DNA of 64,000 nucleotides, from NCBI RefSeq assembly GCF_004010195.1, contig NC_057712.1, forward strand, positions 26,533,688 to 26,597,687, in the 5' to 3' direction. A model generated the notes under the pieces. That model searched no databases, was not told the origin of the DNA, and worked only from the letters and a program-made list of their open reading frames with translations. The stretch comes from Chiloscyllium plagiosum. Lineage: Eukaryota. Made by a program: the position numbers and the translations under genes. Positions 13,024-25,817 of the stretch are shown piece by piece. Each line of letters starts with the position of its first letter. Position 1 is the stretch's first letter.

Positions 13024-14075
13024 TGTGGTGAAACTTGACAAACCATCAAGACTCATGTACAAGTTACAATTGATTATTCAACTGTATGCAGGGAGACCAG
13101 ATGTTTCAGGGAACATCTCTGGGACACATGCACTAAACAACACCACTACTCTGTGGCCGACCACTTCAAAAATCCCTCCCACTCCACCAAGGACATGCAA
13201 ATTCTGGGCCTCCTCCACCATCAAATCCAAGACACCCGATGCCTGAAGGAAGAACGCTTCATCTTCTGCCTTGGGACACTCCAACCATACGGCATCAACG
13301 TTGATTTCACCAATTTCCTCATCTCCCCTCCTCATCACAGATCCAACCCTTCATTTCAGCACTGTCCTCTTGAACTGTCCTACCTGTCAAATTTTTTTCC
13401 CACCTATCCACTCCACCCTTTCCTCTGAACTATCACCATCGCTGCCCACCTGCATCTACCTATCACTTTCCCAGTTACCTTCCCAAGTCCCACCCTCATC
13501 CTCCTATTTATCACTCAGCCCCTTCCCCCTCCCCCCCTCCCCCTTACTGCTGATGAAGGGCATAAGCCCAAAACGTTGACTCTCCTGCTCCTCGGATGCT
13601 GCCTGACCTGCTGTGCTTTCCTAGTGCCACACTTTTCGACTCTGATCTCCAGCATCTGCAGTCCTCACTTTCTCCTAATCCCTGTGTGCAGGGAGAGCCA
13701 GCCTTGGGCAGTCTAAGACTTCTCTATAAAAAATACAACTATTCAATCCTTATATATACCTGTTGACATGTACCCATACCATCGTTCAATTCTACAGCTT
13801 ATACACGTGTTAAACAGATGTCCATGGCTTCAGTTACTTGTTTCCCTTGCATAGCTAGTCCAGGCATTCTTCTCAATCATGCAAGACCTCCCATATCTTG
13901 CTAATTATGACTTATGTTTCTATAACCTAATCCCTGCTGTTCCTGGTCTTGTTCTGATAATTTGTTTGATTCATTCCTTATCCTGTCTAGAGTACATCTG
14001 CTAAACCTCCGGTCTGCAGCTTTCTATTGAGGTTTTATTTATAATAAAAGAAACTTCAAACTAAAACTGTTCAAC
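13024..14075 (-). mobile_element. Probable solo LTR (contains a Penelope insertion)
   Basis: Foreign block splitting the LINE (GTGTACCAT | CTGTAAGATGCACTGCAG). The minus strand has TATA GGTATATATAAGG (13748-13760), then a degenerate polyA signal, and ends in ...ACCACA. Confidence 0.55.
13097..13681 (+). mobile_element. Penelope-like element 3' part
   Basis: FREHL/VADHF/EERFIFCLGTLQPYGINVDF GIY-YIG tail, hammerhead motif at 13550-13580, and TSD CTGT(A/G)TGCAGGGAGA (13082-13096, 13682-13696). Confidence 0.9.
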
Positions 14076-15889
14076 CCTTTCTGTAAGATGCACTGCAGGA
14101 ACTAACCATGTCTCCATCAGCAGCACGATCCAAATTCTCAACTTGTACCATCTAAAAGATCAAGGGCAGTTGATCAATAGCACCATCTGTAAGATCCTCT
14201 CAAAGCCTCTCATCATTCTGACTTGAAATTATGTTACAACTCTTTCACTACTGCTGCACAAAATCTTTGAACTCTCCTCCTAACGGCACTCTGTATGTCC
14301 TGACATCTCAAAGACTGCAGTGGTTCAAAAAGGCAGCTCGCCACCACCTTTTCCAGCGCAAGTTAGGGTTGGGAACCCTACTGACTGCAAGTTCCCATTC
14401 AAGCAACTCACCGTCCAGACTGGAAATTATATCACTGTTCCCTCAGTGTCACTATGTCAAAATCCTGTAACTCCATCCTAATGGTCTTGTGGGGCTTCCA
14501 CAGCAAATGAACTGCAGTGGTTAATGAAGGCAGCCCATCACAACCTTCAGTTGTCACTCGGGGTTGGTAACAAATGCTGACCCAGCCAGAAATGCCCATA
14601 TCCCATAAATAATTTTTAAAAAACTGGTCTGGCCAGCAAAGCCCACATCCTGTGCATGCTTGAGAAAAACAAATATTTTTATTAAACCAAGCAGTCTTAT
14701 CTTGAATATATTGCCCAAATATTCATAAAATGGAAAACAAGAATATGTGTTTAAAATAGCTCTGTTCTATGCACTTAGCTTGTACCTTTTATGTGGAACC
14801 ATAGGAGGAAGCAGGTGGCGATTTTCCTGGGTACATGCCCAGATCCACTGACTAAGCTGCACTCAACAAATAATAGAAAATAGATTGGAACAATTTTCCT
14901 CCATTAAGTAGTTGGGTTCTCTTGTTGGTCTTTGTTCTGAATCAACGAACGTTCTGATGCTAGCTGCTTCTAATCAATTCAATGCTGTTTGTTCCACTTG
15001 GGCACACACCCAGGAAAATGAAATCTGCAATTAATTATTAATATTGTTCCTTAAATTTCAACAGCAGCAGAGAGAATATTAACACTCAGGTCATGAGCTG
15101 ATCCACTTCCCTTCTGTTGTACCTTGTTGTACTTTGACAGCACAATGTCAGTGTTCCTAACAGTACTGCAGTGTGTTTTGATCCAGCTGCTGAAATGGAA
15201 CAAGGACAGTCCTGAGGTAACGTCATCACTCGGTTGGCATTTCAAGTTTCTTGAGAACACCTGGCTAAAAGGTGTTGCCAAAGACTCTTCTTTATGTTGC
15301 AGGTAATAGCAAGGATCTCCGAGACCAGGAGATTAAACATTTATTGAAATCGTGTCAGGGTGGAGTGGGAGTTATCCTGGATTACACATCTCCGATTTTG
15401 TTCACTGATTCTGCTTCTTATAATTTTAACACCAATGCAAGTAAAGTCATCTATGATGCCACAATATCAATGCCATCCTTCATGTCTCATTGGGTTTGTC
15501 ATATGAATCTGATAGGAAAATAGCAAAGAATTTCGAAGGAGTGAGACCCAACAGCTGGGTCTTTCTCATAGTCTCTGAAACAACGTCAACAATATTACGT
15601 AGCTTGTCCACAGTTCCTTTCATGCAATGTCTGTGCAAAACCAAGCCTCTTCTCAGAATCACTGACAGTTGTTCTCTTTGATCGCATGTGTTCCCTCACC
15701 TCGCGCACATTATGCTGCTGCATGACTTCTGCTCCTGGAAGCTGCATGATTAGAAAAAAGTACCTGTCTTATAAAGCTTTGCCAGCTTATTTCATCAATG
15801 TTTCAGTTTGGTCCAAATTGTCTATCATTACAGGATAAGAAATATACTAGATGTTGATGAGTGAAGTCAGTATGTTACAGTACATAACA

Positions 15890-16532
15890 CAGGGGATTGT
15901 ATACACTGCAGCCAATGTGGCTTACTGTCCATTGGAGAAACCAAACACCTAGCCTATTAAAGAGGTTCAACTGGCACCTGTTATCCACGCACGAAGAATT
16001 CAGCTGTCAATTGAGCACGTGCAAGGAGGACCCCAACCTTCCCATAGCCAGTCATTTTAACACAGCATCCTGCTCACATGTCCACATGTCTGTCCTCAGC
16101 ATGCTGCAGTGTTCCAGTGAATCGGAGGAACAACATCTCATCTTTAAACTAGGCACTTTACAGCTTTCTGGACTTAATATTGAGTTCAACACCTTTAAAT
16201 TGTAAACCAGCTCCTATTTCTTCCCTTTTAGTTTGTTATCATGTCCTCTCTCCACTCATCCTATCACAGTGGGACAGTCTTCTCTTTCAAGTCTGGCAGT
16301 TAGATGCACCATTGTTCTGCCATTCTCACATTCTGATCAATTAATCTGAACTACCAACATCTTTTCTCCATCAGCACCCTACACCCACTCCACCCCCAAA
16401 CTATAGCATATATGATGCCCCCCCCATACTTCACTTCAGCTCTGATGAAGAGTCATGTAGAGTCGAAATATTAGCTTGCTCTCTCTCCACGGATGTCGCC
16501 TGACCCGCTGTGATCTCCAACATTTATTGTTG
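15890..16532 (+). mobile_element. Older Penelope-like 3' fragment
   Basis: CIHCSQCGLLSIGETK and PIASHFN...EQHLIFKLGTLQLSGLNIEFN, with CTGATGAAGAGTC...GTCGAAA at 16442-16468. Confidence 0.85.
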
Positions 16533-16674
16533 CCATGGTTGTATATTTTCTTCACTTAATTAACTAGTGTACCATATCTGAACTACCGCTTCACAAACTG
16601 AACAGGTTACCAAGAAATTGCAATAAATCATGGACTGGCTAGCTGTTATCGTGAACTCCTAAAAAACAACACAA

Positions 16675-17560
16675 TGAATTAAAATGTACATGCTTTCGAA
16701 ATCCACTCCAATCAAGAAATTGATTTCGATCACAACTGATGGTGTAGTAGCCATACTTAGCTCAAAAATGGGCTACATTGCATTTTGCAGAATTGATCCT
16801 GATTTCCCCTCTTTTGGCAATTACCACTGTATAATCCAGCAAGCATTAGCAAGTAAAGTTATGCACTTTCTTGTTCAGATTGTACTCTGATTCAAGCAGG
16901 ACCCCTTCAGAACTATTTGTTTAAATCCTCACTTGATGAACTTGATGCTACCTATAGTGAACTAATCTTCTATGCTGCTGTGAGGTGGTTCAGTCAAAGG
17001 AAGGTCCTGCAAAGGGTTTTAGATCTGAAATTGACATTTTTCTTATATCAATGAATGAAGTGTGCAGTGAGCTGTCAGGTAAGGAATATTTGCTTGACTT
17101 GGTATTCCTTGCAGAGATAATGTCGATACTCAGCAAGTTGAACTCTGAACTGCAGCGAATGCTTAGCACACATAATTAATGTTGCAAGTGCACTCAGATT
17201 GGAGTTGGATCTGTGGTTCTCCCAATTAAAGAATAATACTGTAACCCTTCCTGCATCTGGAGAAAATGGAAAAAAAATCAAAGACAAAAGAAAATGATTC
17301 CACCAGAAAACTTCTCTGTACACTTCAGTAAGTGAGCAGAGGAATTCAGCAATGGTTTCAGCAATGATGTGCGAGTGAACAAATTATCTTCTTTGTTTTA
17401 ACACTCTTCCTTCAAGTAATCATTGATGAATTGACTACCAAATTCTAACAAGATTTACAAAGCAGTAGAATTGATAAAGAGATAATTACTATACAAAGTG
17501 ATATTGAGCTGAAAGTCTGAAGTCAAACTGCAGGCTTCAAGGCATTTGGCAGATAAAACA
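16675..17560 (+). mobile_element. hAT (Buster/Charlie/GTF2IRD2-like) transposase pseudogene fragment
   Basis: LISITTDGVVAI, YHCIIQQALASK, VRWFS and YLLDLVFLAEIMSILSKLNSELQ match the TTDGA, HCxxHQxAL, VRWLS and WLxDLAFLxDIxxxLNxLNxxLQ motifs. Multiple frameshifts. Confidence 0.85.
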
Positions 17561-19002
17561 ATGTCAATGGTATCACATTGAGACTTGGTGAGTAGAGGCC
17601 TATAATCAGAATAATTACATTTACTTGGTTTTAGACTCATATTGCACTAAAAATAAACTGTTCATTCTTTGTTTTCCTTGGGGTAGATCCATTTTGATTT
17701 CAAAAACACGGGAAAAACATCTAGTACAACAATTCATAGCAACAGCATTTCAAAGCTACAGAATGAAAAGCCTTTGAAGCGAGAAAAGTAAATAATCCCA
17801 TTAGGATGACAGAGTATCAGAAATAATATTGCCAGGAAGATTTAATTTTCATGGTGGGCCAAATAGAATATAGAATTGGACATGTGGAGAAGACATTTCT
17901 TCATGTACAGAATTGTTTCCAAACTAAATGCTACAGCTGAGGAGTGCCTCAGCACCACCTACTATAAATGCTTCATACAGAATTGGGAGGAGTTTAAAGT
18001 CTTGAGGGAGTGAGATCTATCCTCTGTGCCTTTCTCATAGTCTGTGTAACAATGTCTATCATGTTAATATAACTTGTATTTAGTTACTATCAGGCAAGAA
18101 ACTGCATCGTATTTGAGACAAAAGCCTTTTCTTGTTAAGTGACTGATTCTACCACATTTGACTAATTATTCCTTGTGGACCTCGAGCAGGAAAGAGGATG
18201 GTGGCATCAAATATATCAGACTGATCTTACTTCATGATCTGTTGTGGTGAGGATTCATCTTACAACATGGCCTAGCCTAATGAAGAGGTTATGGACATGG
18301 AGGGAATTATGGTTTCTTTGGGGTTGAACAAGCTCCAAGGTAATTTATGAAGTGATGGATGTTCAGGACCAAATCAAACCTTCGCAGTAGACCAGTCTGC
18401 ATTACCTCAACTACACATCATGTGAGTATTCCAGACTACTACTGACAAATGATTTGACAACTGGCACACAATGGAAGTCACAAGGTAGACCCTTTATTGA
18501 TGGTTATGATTATTCCCACTTTATTATGAATAACCATGGAAGTCAATGTTACAAAATATAACTTCGTCCTAACTTGACAAGCAATCAGAGGTTTGCTATT
18601 GTCCTGGCTGATTCAACTGCTATATTCAGTAATATGCCTGAATGTATTTTGGGGAATTGGGGCACTCTGACTGTTGAGTTTCCCATCTTACTCAATGTTA
18701 AATAAAGTGTGTTCCTTACACAGAAATATTGTATGCTTTTGTACTTCTCTCGACAATTTTGGTTTTGACACTTGAAAACATGACAATAAGTTACCACTCA
18801 TGTCAAATACACAGAGGTGAATGCGTAAACATCAGGAGTGTGACGTATCATTATAGATCGGCTTTGCAACACTTCTGCTGCACATCAGTAATCTCCAAAT
18901 TCAAAATATAGTGTTCAGTTGGTGAACCTCATTTAACTGGTTTGTGACAAACAAACAACCTGACAATAGCAACATCTCCTTTATATTTTTAGAATTTATG
19001 CT

Positions 19003-19400
19003 AGGCAACTTGTATTCATTGGGTACCTTTAACATAATGAAACATCCCAAGGTTGTTTGCAAGACTGTCAGCAGAAAAAAAAAGTCAGATAAAGAGATGT
19101 TAGAAAAGATGACCAAAAGCTTTTGGTGAAGATAGAACTTTTAAATAGTTTCTTCAAGAGGAGAAATAAGTAGTGAGATTTGGGGTAGTAATTTCAGAGC
19201 TAAGAGCCTCAAGGACTTGGACTTTAGGTATTCCTGTGCATAAAAAAGCCATAGACACAGCTACCATTGATGAAATGATGAAAATTGGGCATGCTCAAGG
19301 GGCCAGGGCTAGAAGGAGTAGAGAACTTGTAAACTGGAAGAGGTTGTGGTCCCAAGGAGTTATGAGGCAACAGAGGAAACTGAACACAGGAATGACAACT
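19003..19400 (-). mobile_element. L2-type LINE 3' end
   Basis: Reverse complement of the L2-like tail (...TTGGGATGTTTCATTATGTTAAAGGTAC...ACAAGTTG), matching the + copy near 49870-50066. Confidence 0.6.
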
Positions 19401-20440
19401 TAGAAGCATTTTTCCTTGTTCATAATAAATCTATTTAATCTATTACTGTCAAGTAGGCTTTGTGGAAATTGGGCTCAGCCACAACCTTGTTAATCAACCT
19501 ACATTTTAAATACTATCTCCAGTGGGATAACAGAAGTGCTAATTTGTTGAACATAAAGTATGGAACTATAATAAGCATTAGATTAATAAACAGTTACTAA
19601 TATCAAAATTAATATAAATGATTCTGTACAGCATGTACTCTGTCAATTCCTATTCTCAGAGGATAAATGGAAAGTTTTACCTCTAAATGCAAATTGTTAA
19701 ACAGAGCAGCAATATAGAGAGGACTTGGTTTACAATAAATTAAAAATTAATTAACACTGGTGGATGGAATTACTTATTCCCAAAGGTTACTTCTGTAGAG
19801 AGTGTATCAAGTCAGTTCAGAGCGATTGTTCACTGATGTACGAGTAGAAACCTTTGTACCTGAGAAGGCAGCTGTAGAAATGGTAGCTCAGGAGATAAGG
19901 ACCAACTGGACTTTAAAAATAGAACAGCAAGAATTATTTGAAAGGGGCATTGCGTTAGATATTCTTGGCGTGAATCAACTGTTCCTTTGGCAATTTTGAA
20001 AATCAATGCAGAAAGCCCGTCTGACGAGGAATGATTCATTCAAAGGATTAAAATGTTTATCTTCCAAAACAAGAGCACTGCAAAGATTACAGTAAATATT
20101 GTCAACCACAAGCCTGGTTTTTAGTTGATATAAAATTACTTACTTAATCAGGTGATAATTATGAGAACAGATTAAACACAAGTTCTTCAGTCGTAGTTTT
20201 TGTTACGGGAAAATAAAAGCATACGTTTTCAGTGCACTCATGATTTGGAACAGTATGAATGTGTCCTTTAAAAGAGGGAATGTTATGTGCCATTAATATG
20301 TGTTAATACAACCTGAGAAGATTGATCCTAAAATTGTACAGTTTGGGATTGTCCAGTTCTTACAACTGATGCCAACCCTGTCTTTTCACTTGATCTGTCC
20401 AACAGAGAATATTCTTTGAACCTCAAGTGATTCACATTGC

Positions 20441-22029
20441 AGAGTCATAGAGATGTACAGCATGGAAACAGATCCTTCGGTCCAACTCGTCCATGCAGAC
20501 TAGATATCTCAAACCAATCTAATCCCACCTGCCAGCACCCAGCCCATATCCCTCCAAACCCTTCCTATTCATATACCCAACCAGATGCCTCTTAAATGTT
20601 GCAATTGTACTAACCTCCACCACTTCCTCTGGCAACTCATTCCATACACGTACAACCCTCTGCGTGAAAAAATTGCCCCTTAAGTCTCTTTTATATCTTT
20701 CCCCTCTCACCCTAAACCTATGCCCTCTAGTTCTGGACTCCCTGACCCTAGGGAAAAGGCTTTGTGTATTTATCCTATCCATGCCCCTCATGATTTTATA
20801 AACCTCGATAAGGTCACCCCTCAGCCTCTGACGCTTCAGGGAAAACAGTCCCAACCTGTTCAGCCTCTCCCTATAGCTCAAATCCTCCAACCGTGGCAAC
20901 ATCCTTGTAAATCTTTTCTGAACCCTTTCAAGTTTCACAACATCTTTCTGATAAGAAGGAGACCAGAATTGCATCCAATATTCCAACAGTGGCCTAACCA
21001 ATGTCCTGTACAGCCGCAACATGACCTCCCAACTCCTGTATTCAGTACTCTGACCAATAAAGGAAAGCATACTAAACACCTTCTTCACTATCCTATCTAC
21101 CTGCAACTCCACTTTCAAGCACTATGAACCTGCACTTCAAGGTCTCTTTGTTCAACAACACTCTCTAGGACCTTACCATTAAGTGTATAAGTCCTGCTAA
21201 GATTTGCTTTCCCAAAATGCAGCACCTCACATTTATATAAATTAAACTCTATTTGCCACTTCTCAGCCCACTGGCCCAACTGATCAGGCTTCTGTTGTAA
21301 TCTCAGGTAACCCTCTTCACTGTCCACTACACCTCCAATTTTGGTGTCATCTGCAAACTCACTAACTATACCTCTTATGCTCACATCCAAATCAATTATA
21401 TAAATGATGAAAAGTAGTGGACCCAGCATCGATCCTTGTGTCACTCCACTGGTTACAGGCCTCCAGGTTAAAAGGCAACCCTCCATCACCACCCTCTGTC
21501 TTCTACCTTTGAGCCAGTTCTGTATCCAAATGGCTAGTTCTCTCTGTATGCCATGAGATATAACCTTGCTAACCAGTCTTCAATGGGGTAGCCTTGTCGA
21601 ATGCCTTACTGAATCCATACAGATCACATCCACCGCTCTGCCCTCATCAATCCTCTTTGTTACTTCTTTGAAAAGCTCAATCAAGTTTGTGAGACAGATT
21701 TCCCACGCACAAAGCCATGTTGACTATCCCTAATCAGTCCTTTCCACATACACGTACATCCTGTCCATCAGGATTCGCTCCAACAACTTGCCCACCACAA
21801 CATCAGGCTCACTGGTCTATAGTTCCCTGGCTTGTCCTTACCAACTTTCTTAAACAGTGGCACCACATTAGCCAACCTCCAGTTTCCGGCACCACACCTG
21901 TGACTGTCGATGATACAAATATTTCAGTAAGAGGCCCGGCAATCACTTCCCTAGCTTCCCAGAGTTCTAGGGTACACCTGATCAGGTCCTGGGAATTATC
22001 TACTTTTATGGGTTTCAAGACATCCAGCA
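20441..22029 (-). mobile_element. CR1 (HER1-like) LINE, 5'-truncated RT region
   Basis: VTSGVTQGSMLGPLLF, FADDTK, LYRTLVRPLLEY and FFTQRVVRVWNELP...GRWD*, with the tail at 20441. Confidence 0.95.
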
Positions 22030-22158
22030 AATGTTCAATGAGTACTCTTTTCTGTCATGCCTATTAAAACAGCATTTAGTCACTGCTGCTTATAGTTTAT
22101 GTGTTATAGTAGAAATCTTAAAATTTGAAATCATCTTCTGTAATCCTTTTAGTCATAT

Positions 22159-22432
22159 GGGCAGCACTATGGCCAGCACTACTGCCTCACAGCATCAGGA
22201 GCCCAGGTTCAGTTCCACCCTCAGGCAACTGTCTGTGTAAGTTCGCACAATCTCATCATGTCTGTATGGGTTTCCTCCGGGTTCTCTGATTTCCTCCTAC
22301 AGTCCAAAGATTAAGTGAATTAACATGAGAAATACAGGGAAAAGGTAGGGATATGGGTCTGGGTGGGATCCTCTTCAGACAGTTGTGGACTACATGGGCT
22401 GAATGGTCTGCTTCCACACTGTAGTCATTCTA
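22159..22432 (+). mobile_element. HE1-type V-SINE (degenerate)
   Basis: GGGCAGCAC head, GCCTCACAGC, V-domain GGGTTTCCTCCGGG..CTCCTACAGTCCAAAGAT, and tail TTCCACACTGTAG. Confidence 0.85.
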
Positions 22433-23949
22433 TTTATTGCAAGCATGAATTTATTTTACAAGTTATTGGTCTCTACAGGGATTGTAAAATATCTATGTCC
22501 CGACTTATGTGAACAGCAATGGTACACAGGCACAATAGCAGACTTTGTCTACTACAGAGTTTGAGGGGGCTTGTTCTGAAATGTTTACACAGTATAGTAG
22601 CCTTCAGAAAAAGTCTGTCCGAAGATCATTCTGTTTCAACACTTCAAAAAGGGCTATTTGAAAAGGCTGCCACAAAATCACTATCAGCCATGTCAATAGA
22701 GTGGAGCAAGCCATCTGTTCACATTCGCAAACACGACCACACGCTCCTGTATCAGACAGAGACATGTTGGTAGTTTGTACTCCTGGAAAAATAACTGACT
22801 GCAGCTTTGCCACTTAAATAATTGGCCTGTCACATTGAGAACAGAAGAATGTTTTCTAATTCCCCAGACATGGACACTTCTCTAGATTTTTGCTACTTGC
22901 TTAATTTAATTGAAAATGTCTGTAAAATGCCACTCTATGTTAATTTGAAAAAAAGTTATCTGTATTTGTACTCCAGTAAGGGTCACTGCTGGCGAAGGGG
23001 GTAAGTTCAGTTGGAAGAGCAAAGGAAGAAACTTACAACCTAAGGCATCAGAACCATGAATTCCCCCATTCCCCCCTTCCCAGACCCCACATGCAATCCC
23101 ACTTGGTTTGCTTGTTATCATCCCCACAAGGTCTTAAGTTCCCAGTTAAGGGCCTCAACTACTGGGGGGGTGACTGTCCACAGCTCTTCACAACACTGAC
23201 TTAGAGCTGAGACAGGATTGTGGTGTAGCCCCAACCCATCAGCTTCCTGCCTGATTAAATAATCCATTGCCTCCAAACCGACCATTGAGACAACACTGCA
23301 CCCCAAATTTGATTTGAGCCTAGCTCTTGATTTCAGATTAAAATACATTGGTACTTAACCCTGTGAGAGTCACTGGAACCTGACCACAATCACTTCCTGA
23401 CATTTCTGGAAAATTCCACTTGCTGATCAAATAAAGGTGATTCATGTTCCAGTTATGGGAAGCTCTGATTCAAGATATCTCATTTGTTTTGATTCTGATG
23501 TTACAGTTTTTGTGCAATCATTTACCGTAGAGGAAGAGAGATCAGCAGACGAGACTCTGCGAGGAAATGTAGGCTTGGATTTTCCACTCCGAAGTGGTGA
23601 AGTTGAAAGGAACAGTCTCCAACTTCATATCAAAACAGAAACGGGAGCTTGATGTTCTGTTGTTGATATTAGTTAAATATTATGATTTATTGAAGTGTTT
23701 ATAGTGAATGTTGTTTCACTGTGTAATAAGAAAGTGGAACATTAGTGAGAAACTTAATGTTACTATACAAAGACATATAGGTATAGCCTTTACTTCCCAA
23801 AGGAAAACATGGAGCCCCAGCACAAATTTCATGACCTCTGTCAGTAACATAATAATTTCATATTGAAAATCTTGCCTATAGTATTCAACTATGCTAATTG
23901 CTGAAAATATTGATGCCTCTACTTCAAAGTCTGGCAAATAATCTCTTGG

Positions 23950-24180
23950 TTGAACAGTTCTGTAACACTCTTGTTACAGAATCACAAAGGTTGTAAGTTG
24001 AAGCCCCACTATATGATGTAATTCAACTACAATATCAAGAGAGACCTGTGCCACTTTGTAGCTGAGAAGCTAAATTATTGAATAGATATGGAAAATCTCG
24101 TGGACGTTTCACAAGCGGAGCTGGAAATTCCTCCAGCATGCAAGCCAACATTAACCCTTAAACTAAACCCACCAAAATGG
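23950..24180 (+). mobile_element. Degenerate Deu-domain SINE (SacSINE1/AmnSINE1-like)
   Basis: Weak match to the tRNA head and the Deu core (GGAAAATCTCGTGGAC..., GCCAACATTAACCCTTAAAC). Confidence 0.45.
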
Positions 24181-24199
24181 TATTGATGTTTATGGTTAA

Positions 24200-24300
24200 G
24201 AAAGAAACTGCAGATGCTTGAAATCAATCAAACAAAAATAGAAAATGTTGGAGAAACTCAGCAGGTCTGGCAGCATCTGCCAGGAGAGAAAACAGTGACC
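24200..24300 (-). mobile_element. Penelope terminal fragment
   Basis: GGAGAAACTCAGCAGGTCTGGCAGCATCTG, as in the elements at 44965 and 58698. Confidence 0.65.
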
Positions 24301-25429
24301 TTTTCTGTTCCTTTAGGACATACTGAGAATATACAAGAGTATGTCAATGGAAGTTCTTTCTGACTGGCTGGAATTTTAATATGCACTTGAATTGTCATTG
24401 CTGTAAATAACATTAGAATCATCAGAAGTTATTACAACATGTCCAAACCCATTGACTTTTAAAGTAAAGACAAAAATCATTTGATTTAACATGTCTGTGG
24501 CTGGCATGTCAGTTAAGCAATCCAAAATTAGTCTGACTGCTCTCAAGCTGTCCACAACCTTGCATCATCTTCTGATTCAACTATTTATCCAAGTCACTGG
24601 CTTTCTCATTGTCCACAGCAAAACATGTCACACTCCAACCTTCAGCAATGAGCAATTTCAGTTGGCCTCTCCCCTCATTCCCACTGCCAATAGAATTATT
24701 TATCCTTTAAAACTGCTTCATAACTTAAACACTTAAATCATTTGACAGACCCTTCCATTATTAAAATGGAAATAGTTCTGAACTTCATTTCCATGATTAT
24801 AATTTTCTACATCTCATGACTCTATGCTGAGTATTGTATTTGTCTTTTCATTCCTTCATATAATGGTTCCTAAAATGTAAACAGCACATAATTCTTGTAA
24901 ATTAGGCACTCAGCTAGAAAATCTTGATTTCAGTGTTTAGAATACTTTGTATTTGCTTTCAAACTACTTAGACCTGATTATATCTTTTCCTCAGTTCCTT
25001 GGGGGGTAGGGTGGACTCAAATGTTATCAACTTTGTTTCAAAGTTCGACCCATCCCTTGGCTGCTTATAATCTATCTTCAACTCTTCTCATCTATGATAT
25101 TTTTCTCTATTCTCCAGGTCAGGTTGTCAACTAATTCTCAGAAATAGCTAAAATGAAATTCTACAACATTTTCATTACATTTCCACCGCTTTCTATTTTA
25201 CTTGCCTCAATGGAGGTTAAAAACCTATTACATTCCCAAAATTTTCCAGTTATGATGAAAGGTCACTGAACTGGAAACATTAACTCTGCTTCTCTCTCAC
25301 TTGACTTGAGCATTTCAAACATAATTTGTTTTTCTCCTTTTTTCCCCCTTGATTTAACTTATTGATGTCCCAGCATTTTAATATTGAATGGCCTCAAAGC
25401 AATGCCTTACAGTAGCTGAATACAATCCC

Positions 25430-25720
25430 TACAAAATGCAGTACAAAGATTCACCAAAATTCTTCAGACAGCACAACCCATACTCCAACCATTTAGAAAA
25501 ACAACTTCAGCAGGCAGATGGGAGTACCACAATGTTCAAGTTCCCCTCCAAATGACTCATCATCCCGACTTGGAAATTTATCACTGTTCCTTCACAGGTC
25601 ACAATTATACAATTTGTTCCCTAATGGCAATGCACTCGGGAATATATGTAATATATCACATGGAATGCTGCAGTTAAAGATGGCAGCTGCCATCACCTTC
25701 TTCAGGGCAATTACAAACAT
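25430..25720 (+). mobile_element. LINE 3' end (same family as 11670-14670)
   Basis: CAAGTTCCCCTCCAAATGACTCATCATCCCGACTTGGAAAT...GGCAGCTGCCATCACCTTCTTCAGGGCAATT. Confidence 0.75.
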
Positions 25721-25817
25721 CTGAATGAGTGAAACAGGAGCAGAAGACAACCATTCAGCCCCTCAAGACTGCTCAACAATTAATAAGGTCATGGCTGACC
25801 TGTTTGTGTTGCAAATT

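Larger units (their letters stand above)
11670..14670 (+). mobile_element. Degenerate CR1/L2-group LINE, interrupted by a SINE, a solo LTR and a Penelope
   Basis: RT-type residues are readable through frameshifts (APDLA..LSKLFQDSYNIGIYP..PVHK..DKSNLVNY, QFGIHQDHSAP). The sequence resumes after each insertion. Its 3' tail is shared with the SINE at 12450. Confidence 0.8.

Noticed and set aside
22980-23420. MITE-like GC-richer patches (also about 36650-36850, 43990-44170 and 46020-46370)
   Set aside because: They resemble decayed non-autonomous DNA transposons, but I could not verify TIRs or TSDs by eye.
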